Below, one piece after another: positions 38,201-47,610 of a stretch of 64,000 nt of DNA (its first letter is position 1; the number at the start of each line of letters is the position of its first letter). The notes under the pieces are model-generated. The model had not been told where the DNA came from, made no database searches, and saw only the letters and a program-made list of their open reading frames with translations. This DNA is from Candidatus Multivoradales bacterium (GTDB lineage Bacteria; Acidobacteriota; Thermoanaerobaculia; Multivoradales; J023), in contig CBDFLE010000006.1 in NCBI GenBank assembly GCA_965248925.1, positions 672,001 to 736,000 of the forward strand, in the 5' to 3' direction. The position numbers and the translations under genes were made by a program.

Positions 38201-39438
38201 TGGTGGTTTACAGCAGTTCGGGAAGAGTGCGTCTGACCGGTGTCGTCGTCGAACCCTCCGGCAGCGGCTGGCGTGCGCGGTTTAGTCTGCCGCGCCTGCG
38301 TCCGGGGGTCGATAGCGAACAGACCTGGGTCGACGTGGTCGAGACCCGGACCTTGGCGACACCTGAGGTCCGCGCGCCCCGCGCGACGGCCGAGGACTTG
38401 CTCACCGGCCCCGCCGACTACGTGATGATCAGCCACCCAGCCTTCACCAACGACCTCGGAGCGCTGATCGCCGCCCGCCTAGCCGAGGGTTTGACGGTGA
38501 AGGTGGTCGACATCTTCGACCTCTACCAAACCTACTCGGGAGGTGAGATCGATCCCGAGGCGATCCGTTCGTACCTGCGCCACGCCGCCCGGCGACTGAG
38601 TACACGCTACGTGCTGTTGGTCGGCGGTGACACCTACGACTATCTGGATCACCTGCGGCTCGGCTCGGTCAGCTTCGTACCCACCTTGTACGCTCAGACC
38701 GACTCGATCGTGCGCTTCTCACCAGCCGATTCCCTACTTGCCGACATCGATGGCGACGGCTTGCAAGACTTGGCGATCGGCCGCCTACCGGCTCGCAGCC
38801 AGTCGGAGCTGCGACTGCTGATCGACAAAACCCTGCGCTATCCCTCGACTCCAGCCGCCGCGGTGCTAGCCGCCGACAGCAGTGACGACCGCCACTTCTC
38901 GACGCTCAGCGAAGAACTAGCGAGCTTCGTGCCGAACGGCTGGCCAGTGACCTCGGCCTACATCGACAGGGATGGGGTCGAGCAGGCCCACGACATCCTG
39001 CTCGAAGCTATCGCCCAAGGGGCCGCGTTGGTCAACTTCGTCGGTCACTCGGGACCCAGCGTATGGTCCTTCCAGGGCTTGTTCTCGACTACCGACAGTG
39101 CCGCCCTGAGCAACACTAGAGCGCCAACGGCGGTGATTCAATGGGGCTGTTGGAACACCTACCACGTCGCCCCCGAATACGACACTCTGGCGCATAGCCT
39201 GCTGCTCTCCGGCAGCCAGGGCGCCGCCGCCGTGGTGGGTTCGGCAACTCTGTCGCAGGAGATCTCGGACCGCCTACTCGGCCCGGCGCTGCTGTCACGA
39301 GCCTTGCAAACCGGCACCCGCCTGGGCGACGCCATCTTGGAGGCCAAGCGGGAAGTAGCGAGCGGTGGCGGAGATCTACGCGACGTGATCGTCGGCTGGA
39401 CCTTGCTCGGCGACCCGGCATTGGTCATCAACCCTTGA
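35260..39438 (+). CDS. Large secreted multidomain C25 (gingipain-family) cysteine peptidase with proprotein-convertase P-like and GEVED domains
   Basis: IDHTYRGDL..L..P and GTWSLQV.D (P domain); DFGDAP, DDEDGV, IDWNRDGDF, GEVEDY; YVLLVGG, AIGRLP, FVGHSG (His), WGCWN (Cys), LLGDP. Confidence 0.88.
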   Translation: MIIKKSLNGGSQWLLLMAMPAALHAISEPVEGLIYTYENTTSGAVDDVATPCVSPLVRSFSVSDSFTVSGIAVGLNIDHTYRGDLVVTLIAPDATSLQLFAQNGGDGDDNHDIWMSTNTEGALDDGDVDPTAEPFYSRLVSIAGLGGFYTGNASGTWSLQVCDFFAVDSGTFNRARLVLSSSTAATTVGTSSVTYDWGANGNNAAFVGATISGVTLSQTSTTDFGGAGTNVPASSFFNLRTTTTSLSGESGYYSLYMDALNIVGAGTESETVGEQTTFGFSPEVRDLTFALKDIDFLSTDFEDLMCVLGLDAAGNSVPFTIALGTAHQLAGNTIEGDTATPNTQTEASATVVFDGPVASVRIDHMQSDDAAVGPGDQLVGISDFTFTAFDFGDAPSTFSTQLGGGARHVLSDRSLFLGANPPDGESDGQPGSAATSDDTTAVGGVDDEDGVASFPNYDGTSSTYTVSVTATNLSTTTAANLVGYIDWNRDGDFADADERSATVSIPANTASATAFNVTWSSVPANAGGTTATYARFRIATLASEVESPSGLAANGEVEDYPIIIDTLPVALSYFLAERQGSELIVNWATETETSTVGYAILGRGKSGWQRLQAKLIPARALDSLKPQHYRIELDAGGLETGSDLATVLLEDWDVEGRAIQWGPFEIGTAYGRQNTLRPIGWTKIRHDAESAVVSSRAAAKAVPRLDNGAVLAELRVDREGLQRVLFEDLLNAGVDLEGVSIDRLRLRQARDQQPIPITVAGSAGRPESMGPGGWIEFRGLPRGDNLYTRQRVYQLVLGKPRRVRLHDSRPRRGALESYQASVQIERDLVYSLGSPNGDPWFEAAVLAQASPAERRFTLNIDQLASTSGRLQVGLWGVTNWPGAAPDHSIEIYFNGTLLAAERFDGLTQRDFDLEVPTGVLLAGANELTVRLPGDTGYAFDLVHIDRYELSFARHFVARDGRLSFTAERGSITVEGLSTPEVVVYSSSGRVRLTGVVVEPSGSGWRARFSLPRLRPGVDSEQTWVDVVETRTLATPEVRAPRATAEDLLTGPADYVMISHPAFTNDLGALIAARLAEGLTVKVVDIFDLYQTYSGGEIDPEAIRSYLRHAARRLSTRYVLLVGGDTYDYLDHLRLGSVSFVPTLYAQTDSIVRFSPADSLLADIDGDGLQDLAIGRLPARSQSELRLLIDKTLRYPSTPAAAVLAADSSDDRHFSTLSEELASFVPNGWPVTSAYIDRDGVEQAHDILLEAIAQGAALVNFVGHSGPSVWSFQGLFSTTDSAALSNTRAPTAVIQWGCWNTYHVAPEYDTLAHSLLLSGSQGAAAVVGSATLSQEISDRLLGPALLSRALQTGTRLGDAILEAKREVASGGGDLRDVIVGWTLLGDPALVINP

Positions 39439-40397
39439 GCGAGGCCGCTGCCTCGGCCACCAACATCACCAGCGCCAGCGCCGGCGACATCGCCAACCCG
39501 GCACCGGTGCTGACCCTGTGTTTGCACCGCCGGGCGCAACTTGGCTGGCGCTACCGCCTAGCCGGTTTAGACCTGCTCTGCGATCACCCGCTGAGCGAGC
39601 TGGAGACCGTGACCGCGGTCCGTCAGGCTGCCCCCGCGCCAACCGTCTTCGAACCTCGAGCCGGCCACCGCGTTTTCCACGACCAGGCTTGGGTGGGCGG
39701 TAGCCAGCTGCGCCTAGCTACCTGGTGGGATGGTGATCGCTGCTGGATCGAGCTCGCCGATCAGGCCGCCATCGGCATTGATCGCTCGACCGGCAACCTC
39801 TGGGTTTTTCGCCGCCACCCCCATCCTGATCCACGCTGGCTGGAGCATTGCTTGCTGGGGCCGCCCCTGCTACTCGGCCTGGCCAGCCGAGGCACCTTCG
39901 CCTTGCACGCTTCGGCGATCGATGTCGAGGGCCAGCTGGCCCTCGTCGTCGGCCCCTCGGGGGCCGGCAAGTCGACCCTCGCCGCCGCCGCCCGCGACGG
40001 CTGCAAGCGTTGGGCGGACGATCTGGTGCCGGTAGCACTCGGCGACCGAGAACTCGTCGCCTGGGCCGGCTTTCCCCAGCTCAAGCTATCCCGGTCACAG
40101 CGCCGCCGATTGCTGCTGGGGCCGGGTCAACGACCGGTGGCGGCGGTCTTCATCTTGCAGCCAGCCCGAGCCACAGATCCGCCCCGCTGCACTCGCTGGA
40201 CGGGAATCGAGGCGGCTGCCGCTTGGCTGCGCCACACCATGGTGAGCCGGCTCTTCGACTCCACCCTGCTGGAGAGCCATCTCGACTTCGTCGCCGAGGC
40301 CAGCCGCAGAGTGCCGACCTTCGGCTTGCGGGTACCCCGCGACCGCCGCCGCCTGGGTGAGGTTCAGCGGCTCCTAGAGCAAACTCTAGCCGCTTGA
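39435..40397 (+). CDS. HPr kinase-like P-loop kinase
   Basis: LHASA, GPSGAGKST, ADD; start uncertain. Confidence 0.8.
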   Translation: MSEAAASATNITSASAGDIANPAPVLTLCLHRRAQLGWRYRLAGLDLLCDHPLSELETVTAVRQAAPAPTVFEPRAGHRVFHDQAWVGGSQLRLATWWDGDRCWIELADQAAIGIDRSTGNLWVFRRHPHPDPRWLEHCLLGPPLLLGLASRGTFALHASAIDVEGQLALVVGPSGAGKSTLAAAARDGCKRWADDLVPVALGDRELVAWAGFPQLKLSRSQRRRLLLGPGQRPVAAVFILQPARATDPPRCTRWTGIEAAAAWLRHTMVSRLFDSTLLESHLDFVAEASRRVPTFGLRVPRDRRRLGEVQRLLEQTLAA

Positions 40398-40507
40398 GAG
40401 TCTTTCTGAATAAGCCGCTCAAGGCGGCTTCCCGAGCGCCGCGGGCTTCGGGATCGCCTCCACATGTAGTATCTTCGTCCGCCAAGAGCACTACATCTTG
40501 AGGCCCA

Positions 40508-41191
40508 GTGGGGAAGGAAGCCACCTTGACTCAGATCCAGACCACCCAGTTCGAGAATCTCTTCATCGGCATCGCCGGCATGATCGGCGCTGGTAAATCG
40601 ACTCTCGCCACGCTGCTCGCAGAGCATCTCGAGATCGATGTCTACTACGAGCCGGTGAAAGAGAACGAGTACCTGGAAGACTTCTACCGCGACACGCCGC
40701 GCTACGCCTTCGCCACCCAGATCTACTTGCTCAACCGCCGCTTCCAGCAGCACCAGGAGATCATTTGGCGCGGCCGCTCGGCGGTCCAGGACCGCACCAT
40801 TTACGAAGACTCGATCTTCGCCAAGATGCTCGCCACCTCGGGTTTGATGGACGAGCGCGACTACCGCACCTACACCCAGCTGTTTCGCCACATGTCGAAT
40901 TTCATGTGCAAGCCGAACGTCATCGTCTACCTTGATGTCGATCCCCAGAAGTCGCTCGAACGAATCCGTTCGCGCGGTCGTAAGATGGAGAACAGCATCT
41001 CCTTGGAGTACCTCACCGCCCTCTACCAGGGCTACGAAGAGTTCATCGAGGACATCTCACGGATCATCCCGGTCATCCGCGTCGACTACGAACGCTTCGC
41101 CACCGCCGAAGAGATGGCCGAGGTGATTCAGCGCGACTACCTGGATCAGAGCTTCTTGCGCCAAGCGACGCGGTTTGACGTGACCCGTTGA
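40508..41191 (+). CDS. Deoxynucleoside kinase family protein
   Basis: GMIGAGKST, YEPV, QIYLLNRRFQQ, DRTIYED, RIRSRGRKME. Confidence 0.92.
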   Translation: MGKEATLTQIQTTQFENLFIGIAGMIGAGKSTLATLLAEHLEIDVYYEPVKENEYLEDFYRDTPRYAFATQIYLLNRRFQQHQEIIWRGRSAVQDRTIYEDSIFAKMLATSGLMDERDYRTYTQLFRHMSNFMCKPNVIVYLDVDPQKSLERIRSRGRKMENSISLEYLTALYQGYEEFIEDISRIIPVIRVDYERFATAEEMAEVIQRDYLDQSFLRQATRFDVTR

Positions 41192-41209
41192 AGGAACTCG
41201 CTCCCTGAG

Positions 41210-42505
41210 TCAAAAACCTGCACGCCCCGCGATTCGCCAGGCTAGAAGGACCACGTAGCTCACCGATGCGGCTGCCAGCAGCGACCCGAAGTACCTATCG
41301 GCCCGCTCGCTGAGTCGGTGCAAGCCAAAGATCCCACCGTAGACCAGTGGGACCATTCCGAAGTAGTGGCGGGATGCACTCCAATGTACGCCGAGATTTG
41401 CGTGATTGAGAAAACCCGCTGACAGGAATAGCAAGACAGTCAAGACGGCGGAGCCCAAGGAGACTACGGCGAAGGGCCCTTTTTTCGCCCGCAGCTCGAG
41501 CAGCGACCAAGCCAAGTTGCACAGTGCTAGGGCCAGCAATAGCACAGCGTACTCACGCGGAATGACCTTCCACACATGCCGCACATTCACCAGGTCGACC
41601 GCGAGAATCTTCAGGAACTCCGCCGATGATTGAACTGGAAGCACAAAACTCCCAAACCACTCAGCGACTTCTGGCGACCCAACAACACCCCCAAGACGCC
41701 GCCAATTCAACAGCAACAGAAGCGGGATACCGCCAAGCGGCGCCAAGAGCGCGATATGTTGCCAAGCTAGGAGGCGCGCGGACGCGCGGCGAGCGCTTAC
41801 TAGAGCTGCTACTACAGGCACGATGACCACCGGCAGATTCGTCAGCTTCACCCAAACAGCAGCACAAGCACCGAACGCACAGGCGACGACTAAGTATCTC
41901 CGAGGCATCGTGAGGTGCGACACCAAAAGCATCAATGTCAAGTTGACACTCAACAGCGAGAATGAGTCGTTTCCCAGCGTGCTGTAATAGTGAGTATTGG
42001 TTGCAAGTGCGAGCAAGGCAAACAGGTAACCATAAACCGCACTGCCACCGACCAGGCTCGTCAGCCGAGAAACCAACGGGATAAAAAGAAGAGCCCCCGC
42101 TAGCTGAGCGAGGACGCCAACGATCCGCAGTAGGCGTATTCGCATCTCAGCATTGATACCAAGAACCCGAATAAGGACGTTCGGCACAGCTAGAATCGCA
42201 TAATAAAGCGGCGGCTGCTGTGCCTCGTAAGAACGGCCAGCCAGCCCCATGGAACGCCTGGTTCCATCGTACGACCTAGGCTGTCTCGACGAGAGGTCTT
42301 GTGAGATCTCGAAGGTGTGATCTGCTATCGCATCATTCGGCCGCGGCAAAGAAAGCTCACCAACGCGCTCGATATAGTCATAGTGTGCAATCTCGTCACG
42401 GGGGCTCCAGATCCCGGACTGGATCGAGTAGACACAGTTGAGCGCTCCTATCATCAGCAAGGAAGCAAGTAGTATTCTCCGCAAATACGATTGTAAGTCT
42501 GACAT
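41210..42505 (-). CDS. GT-C fold membrane glycosyltransferase-like protein (DUF2142/PMT-like)
   Basis: PRDEIAHYDY, YEAQQPPLYY, ND, K motif after TM; many TM helices. Confidence 0.7.
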   Translation of the reverse strand: MSDLQSYLRRILLASLLMIGALNCVYSIQSGIWSPRDEIAHYDYIERVGELSLPRPNDAIADHTFEISQDLSSRQPRSYDGTRRSMGLAGRSYEAQQPPLYYAILAVPNVLIRVLGINAEMRIRLLRIVGVLAQLAGALLFIPLVSRLTSLVGGSAVYGYLFALLALATNTHYYSTLGNDSFSLLSVNLTLMLLVSHLTMPRRYLVVACAFGACAAVWVKLTNLPVVIVPVVAALVSARRASARLLAWQHIALLAPLGGIPLLLLLNWRRLGGVVGSPEVAEWFGSFVLPVQSSAEFLKILAVDLVNVRHVWKVIPREYAVLLLALALCNLAWSLLELRAKKGPFAVVSLGSAVLTVLLFLSAGFLNHANLGVHWSASRHYFGMVPLVYGGIFGLHRLSERADRYFGSLLAAASVSYVVLLAWRIAGRAGF

Positions 42506-42620
42506 CGTAAGAATGACCTTCAGTGACCGGAAAATAGCAGCGGTTTTCATTAAGCAAATCGGCGTCGATAGTAGCGCCTGGGCGGCCACGGAAGGTCTCC
42601 GCCAACGAGATCGCACTCCT

Positions 42621-45179
42621 TCAAGGGTAGTAACCGTGCAGCGTCCGTGCCTGGTGGCCCGCTCGACTGACCTCGACACGGATCTGCCGAAAGTCATCGC
42701 CGCCCTGCCGCGCTGGCGGTTCGTAGACCAGCAAATACTGCGCCCGCAGCTCGCGCTCGATCCGCCGGTAGGTCGAGTTCAAGTCTTCGACCCCATCGAT
42801 CGAGAACGACCGGCCGCCGCTGGCGGCGGCCAAGCTGCGCAGGCCGGCACGAGTCTCCTGGTCGGCCAAATCGAGCAGGATCGGGTAGACCGCCACCCCC
42901 GAACGCAAGGCCCGCTCCACTACTTGCTTGAGTTGAAAGTCGCTATCGGTGTCTTTGCCGTCTGACAGCAGCACCAAGGCGCGCCTGCCATCGAGACCAC
43001 CGAAGGCGTGTAGGGCCCACACCAAGCCGTCGTAGAGCCGCGTTGTGCCGCGGGCGCGGGCACCGGCAGCGGCATAGCGTAGGCGCTCGACTTCGGTGGT
43101 CCACGGTACTCGCAGGTGCAGGTCGTGATCGAAAGTCATCAGCGAAGCCCGATCACCCTCTGCCAACACCTGGGCGAAGAACCGCTGCGCCGCCTCGCTG
43201 GCCAAGTGCACCCGGCCGCGCATCGAACCTGAAACATCCATCAGCAGAGCTACATCAATCTCGAGTTCGGCGACCGCAGCGAAACTCCGCACCTTCTGCT
43301 CGGCACCATTCTCTAGCACTAGCAGTTCACCGAGCCGTAGATCGGTCACCGGACGACCGCGGCCATCGCTAACCGTGACATAGAGTTGCACCAGCTGAAC
43401 TTCGACCTGCTCTACCGGCGCCGAGCTTTGAATCACCACCAGATCCTCGACTTGGACACCGCTGTCGAGTACCGCGACCGCGCGGACGAAGCTAGTCGCG
43501 CCGGGCGCCGACTCGGGCAGCGAGTGAACAAAGGGGGGAGCGAGCCGGGTGGCGAGCAACCGGTCGTTGAAGTACAGCTCCACCCGCGCTAGCCGCTCGC
43601 CGCTCGGCACGTCAATCTCAGCCCGAAGTTGCTCTCCGATCAGGCCCCGCCGAGGTTTCACAATGCGCACCGCAAAGCGTGGCGGATCCTCGTTCAACCA
43701 CACCTGGTGGCGGGCGATCTCGGCTCCCGCCGGGTCGAACGCCAGCGCCTGCAAGAGCCGCCGCCGAGGGCGCTCCCCAAGCTCCAGCCGCGCCCGGTAG
43801 GGGGGCTCGCTATCACTACCAACCGCCAGTCCGTCGAGCAGGAAGTTCACTCGCTCGATCGGCCCTCCGGCAGTGGCCACCGGCACCTCTACCGAACCAG
43901 CCAGCAAATCGGCTGGAGGTGGGCGTAGCTCAACGCTGGGGAACGTCGTCATCACCCCGACCTCAGCCCGAGTCAGGCCGGTGAAGCCGAGACGAAAGCC
44001 GCCTGGGGCCACCGCCTCCTGCTCGCTTCTCGGCACCGCGAGTTCCAGGTCTTGGCGCAGCAAGACGCGGTCCAGGCGATCGGCAGCACGCAGGCGCAGC
44101 TGATAGGTGGCTGGACGCAGACGGCGATAGAAATCTAGCTCGACAGTGCTCGCTTCGGCGGGCTCCGCGCCAGCAATGTGGTGGATCACTCGGAAGGCAT
44201 CGACCAAGCGGTCGCCAAGGTAGATATCACCTTCGATCTCCACCCGATCAAAAAGCTCACCCGCCGCGTTGCGCTGCAACACCGCCACCGGCACTTCTAA
44301 GCGACCGCGAACGACGGTCTTTTGCTGATAAGCGCCAAGGAAGCTCAACTCGGCTGGGTGCGCCGACAATTGGGAAGCGGTAGTGCCAGCTGCCAGCTGG
44401 CGGCGAAAGTCATCCAGCCAGGACTGCTTCGCCGGTCCCGCAACTCGGCCCACCAATGCGTCCCGACCCAGCGCGCTGGCGAGCGCGGCGGTCAACCGAG
44501 CGGCGGCGCCAGCGCCAGCGAGGCAGCGGCGTTGACGCCGAGCCCCATCGACCAACTGTTCAATATTCCACGGGCCACCTTTGGGCTCGCCGTACATCAG
44601 CGCTACCGTGCTCTCTGCCGGGGACCACAGCCGGTAGTGCCCCCCATCTCGATTGCCGGAGAGATAGAACACCAAAAAGAAACCCTCGCTGGCTTTGGCA
44701 CCTGCCATGCGAGCCGCCCGCCAGGGGTCGTAGGACCAAATCTCCAGCCGGCGGAGCAGGGAGCCACAATTTTCCAGCCGCATCACCTGCTCTGGTTTAC
44801 CGGCGATTTGTACGGCTCGCGCTCGCGCATCGTCGAGGTTGCGGAACCGCAACCTGGCCTCGCGGCGATTGTCGTGCCAATGCTCGATCAGCGCCGGCAT
44901 CGCTGACCGACTGTGCCAAAACCGACGGATGAAGAGCTCGCGCTCGAGATCGCTCGTCAGCCCGGCAAAGACCTCGAACTCGGCGGCGGTGCTCAAATGC
45001 TCGACACTGGCCTGCCACCCGGAATAGAAGCTGGCGAGGCGCGGTTGGCGCTCCGCGGCGCCGATCGACGAAAGTGCACAGAGCCATAACAAACCGCAAG
45101 CCAAAGCAGGGAAATGCCCTAGCCGGGCAAGATCGTGGAGTGACAACGTGGCAGAAAGCGTTCTAACGAGTAACTTCAT
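42621..45179 (-). CDS. GWxTD-like domain + Ig-like + VWA domain protein
   Basis: RELFIRRFW, D.RAR....GKP, EIWSY; MIDAS DVSGS, T, LSDGKD; ELRAQYLLVY; start uncertain. Confidence 0.85.
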   Translation of the reverse strand: MKLLVRTLSATLSLHDLARLGHFPALACGLLWLCALSSIGAAERQPRLASFYSGWQASVEHLSTAAEFEVFAGLTSDLERELFIRRFWHSRSAMPALIEHWHDNRREARLRFRNLDDARARAVQIAGKPEQVMRLENCGSLLRRLEIWSYDPWRAARMAGAKASEGFFLVFYLSGNRDGGHYRLWSPAESTVALMYGEPKGGPWNIEQLVDGARRQRRCLAGAGAAARLTAALASALGRDALVGRVAGPAKQSWLDDFRRQLAAGTTASQLSAHPAELSFLGAYQQKTVVRGRLEVPVAVLQRNAAGELFDRVEIEGDIYLGDRLVDAFRVIHHIAGAEPAEASTVELDFYRRLRPATYQLRLRAADRLDRVLLRQDLELAVPRSEQEAVAPGGFRLGFTGLTRAEVGVMTTFPSVELRPPPADLLAGSVEVPVATAGGPIERVNFLLDGLAVGSDSEPPYRARLELGERPRRRLLQALAFDPAGAEIARHQVWLNEDPPRFAVRIVKPRRGLIGEQLRAEIDVPSGERLARVELYFNDRLLATRLAPPFVHSLPESAPGATSFVRAVAVLDSGVQVEDLVVIQSSAPVEQVEVQLVQLYVTVSDGRGRPVTDLRLGELLVLENGAEQKVRSFAAVAELEIDVALLMDVSGSMRGRVHLASEAAQRFFAQVLAEGDRASLMTFDHDLHLRVPWTTEVERLRYAAAGARARGTTRLYDGLVWALHAFGGLDGRRALVLLSDGKDTDSDFQLKQVVERALRSGVAVYPILLDLADQETRAGLRSLAAASGGRSFSIDGVEDLNSTYRRIERELRAQYLLVYEPPARQGGDDFRQIRVEVSRAGHQARTLHGYYP

Positions 45180-45318
45180 CGGTGTTCGCAACAGAGTTCC
45201 CAACGGTGGTATCGACACCAGCAGGACCCATGGTAGCGCGAACCCAAGTGCGGCATCCGCGTTCCAACGGGATATAATGGCCGCGATTCACTTGCAAACT
45301 CGCGAGGGGCCGGCCATC

Positions 45319-46122
45319 ATGTTACGCCGCAAATACACCATCGACGACCTTGATCGACTGATCGCCAAGGGCAAACACACCCGAGCCATCAAAGTGTTGC
45401 GGCTCCTGCTCGACAAAGATCCCGAGAACTTTCGCCTCCGTCGGCAGATGGCCGATCTGCTGATCCTCAACAACGACACCGAGGCGGCGATCGACCTGCT
45501 GAGCAAGATTGCCAAGGAGTTTGCCGAAGACGGTTTTGAAGGCAAGGCCATCGCCATGCTCAAACGGATCGTGCGCCTTGATCCGAGCAACGTTGCCGCC
45601 GCCGAGAAGATCCTCGCCCTGTTGCAGCAACCCGGCAGCCCCTACTCCGCAGTCGTCGTGCAGCCGGCTGCCGAAGAGCCAGAGACGCCACCAGCCTTCT
45701 ACAAGACGGCATTGTTCACCAACTTCTCCAAAGCAGAGCTGCACGACCTCGTCGGCGCCTTCGAGGTGCGCTCCCTGGAACCGGGTGAGATCGTGGTCAC
45801 CGAAGGAGAACCTGGCGATAGCGTTTTCTTGATCGTCAACGGCTCGGTGCGGGTCTACGTCTCCAATCCGCAGCGGCGCAGCGTGCAGGTGCGGGTACTC
45901 GAAGAAGGAGATTTCTTTGGCGAGATCTCCGCCCACACTGGCCAAGCGCGCACCGCGACCATCACCACGATCGGTCTCTGCGAGCTACTCGAACTCGATC
46001 GCAAAGCGCTACAGCGGCTCGGCACCAAGCACCCCTCCCTGCCGATGACCCTCGCCGAACTATCGCTCGAACGTAGCGGTAGCGACGAAGAACAGCAAGC
46101 CCGCTCTTTGGGCCCAGGCTGA
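45319..46122 (+). CDS. TPR + cyclic-nucleotide-binding domain protein
   Basis: EGEPGDSVFLI, GDFFGEIS, RTATI; alternative start at 45277. Confidence 0.85.
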   Translation: MLRRKYTIDDLDRLIAKGKHTRAIKVLRLLLDKDPENFRLRRQMADLLILNNDTEAAIDLLSKIAKEFAEDGFEGKAIAMLKRIVRLDPSNVAAAEKILALLQQPGSPYSAVVVQPAAEEPETPPAFYKTALFTNFSKAELHDLVGAFEVRSLEPGEIVVTEGEPGDSVFLIVNGSVRVYVSNPQRRSVQVRVLEEGDFFGEISAHTGQARTATITTIGLCELLELDRKALQRLGTKHPSLPMTLAELSLERSGSDEEQQARSLGPG

Positions 46123-46180
46123 GTGTCCTATAGACTTGTTCTTTGATCTATCCTATTGGCCAACGATCCAGAGGTCTCCG

Positions 46181-47197
46181 ATGCAACACATCTCCAGCTT
46201 CCTGCCTTGCTCGACCCGGCTCTGCCTCGCCTTCTTGGCGAGCCTCCTCGCCACCAGCGTGGCCTTCGCCGCCAAACCCTTGCCGGCCCCCACCGACGTG
46301 ATGTTGCGTGGCCACAACCAACTGGCACTGGTGCAGGTGCAAGCCAAGCCTGCCGCCGACAAGCTGCGGGTAACGGCCCTGGAGCAACTTCACGGCGAGA
46401 CCCCGGCCGAGCTGGAAGTCCGCGGCGATGCGCAGGTTTTTGCCAATCTGAAGATCGGCCAAAAAGTAATCCTGTCCTACAGCACTCTGCGCAAGAACCC
46501 CTTGCTGCGCGACGTTCGCGAAATCGACCCCGAGGGCGCCAAGGCGACCACCCTCGTGCTGCTCCGCTCGGTGGTCCTGGGCGACAGCCCAGACCTGCGC
46601 ATCCTGCTCGAACGCCCCGGCAAAGAGGCTAAAGAAGGTGCCCACCAAGAGCTAGCCCGCCGCCACCTCAAAGCCCTGCTGCGCGAGTTAAATCACCCTA
46701 CCGCGGCCAATCGGCGGCTGGCGGTGGCCGAGTTCTTCACCCGTTCCGATTTGCGAGAGCTGATCGAATCGCGCCACCATCGTCAACTAGCCCAGGCGCT
46801 CGACAACCAGGACTTGGCGCTCGACGCCAAAGACTTCCTGCTCCGCGGCGTGCTGCTGCTACCCGTTGCCAAGCGCGGCAGCTGGCTGGCCAAAGCAAGC
46901 CGGCGAATCATCGACACCACCGAACCCCAACTCGACCTGACCACCTCAGCTCCGGCGCTGGCTCAAGCCGCCGCCTGGGCTCTCCGCGACGGCGGCAAGC
47001 GCCGCGACGCACAACGACTCGACAAGCTGCTCTACTCGAACAATCCAGGAGTTGCCAAAGCGGCCCTCGAAGCCATGGATCAGCTCGACCCGGAGCGGGC
47101 ACTCGAAGGCGTCCAGCGGGCGCTCAAGAGCGACGATCTGCAAGCAGAAGCCCGGCGAGTACTAGGGATCTACGCCGAACAGTCGAGCGGTGAGTGA
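46181..47197 (+). CDS. Secreted hypothetical protein with helical (HEAT-like) C-terminal half
   Basis: Signal peptide ending AFA; long ORF; GAGG RBS. Confidence 0.65.
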   Translation: MQHISSFLPCSTRLCLAFLASLLATSVAFAAKPLPAPTDVMLRGHNQLALVQVQAKPAADKLRVTALEQLHGETPAELEVRGDAQVFANLKIGQKVILSYSTLRKNPLLRDVREIDPEGAKATTLVLLRSVVLGDSPDLRILLERPGKEAKEGAHQELARRHLKALLRELNHPTAANRRLAVAEFFTRSDLRELIESRHHRQLAQALDNQDLALDAKDFLLRGVLLLPVAKRGSWLAKASRRIIDTTEPQLDLTTSAPALAQAAAWALRDGGKRRDAQRLDKLLYSNNPGVAKAALEAMDQLDPERALEGVQRALKSDDLQAEARRVLGIYAEQSSGE

Positions 47198-47199
47198 GC

Positions 47200-47570
47200 C
47201 TGCCCACAGCGTGCCACCCGCCTCGGCAACAGAGCCAATCGATCACCAGCGCCTCGAACAGCGCCGTGAAGCGAGAGCCGGGCTCACTCCACGGGACACG
47301 GACCTGGAGCACACTATGATCCGGGCACTCGATCCGAGGCGGTTGGGCCACAAGCACCGTCCGGTACTGGCAGGTATCCAGGTGCCGCAGCGACGAGAAC
47401 GGGTGTCGTAGCCGCTGCACGGCTTGCCGCATTCAGGACCAGGTGGGCGCTTCTCGCCGTTGATCATATGCACCAAGACCTCACCCTCACCCAAGGCCAG
47501 GTCTAATTCAGTGACACGCCACGGCAATTCGACGCCCAGGATCTTCGCGTAGAGGTCTTTAGGATCGGGT
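47200..47570 (-). mobile_element. ISL3-family transposase remnant (N-terminal zinc-finger part, frameshifted)
   Basis: [32 protein letters not shown]....PRIECPDH...VPW.EPGSRFT.LFE. Confidence 0.85.
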
Positions 47571-47610
47571 GACAGGCGTTTCTAGCTACCGAGTGAACCG
47601 GCTCTCACTC

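Noticed and set aside
40508-41191. Deoxynucleoside kinase as a member of the lasso operon
   Set aside because: Separated by about 110 bp with no overlap, unlike the four coupled genes; ordinary housekeeping family
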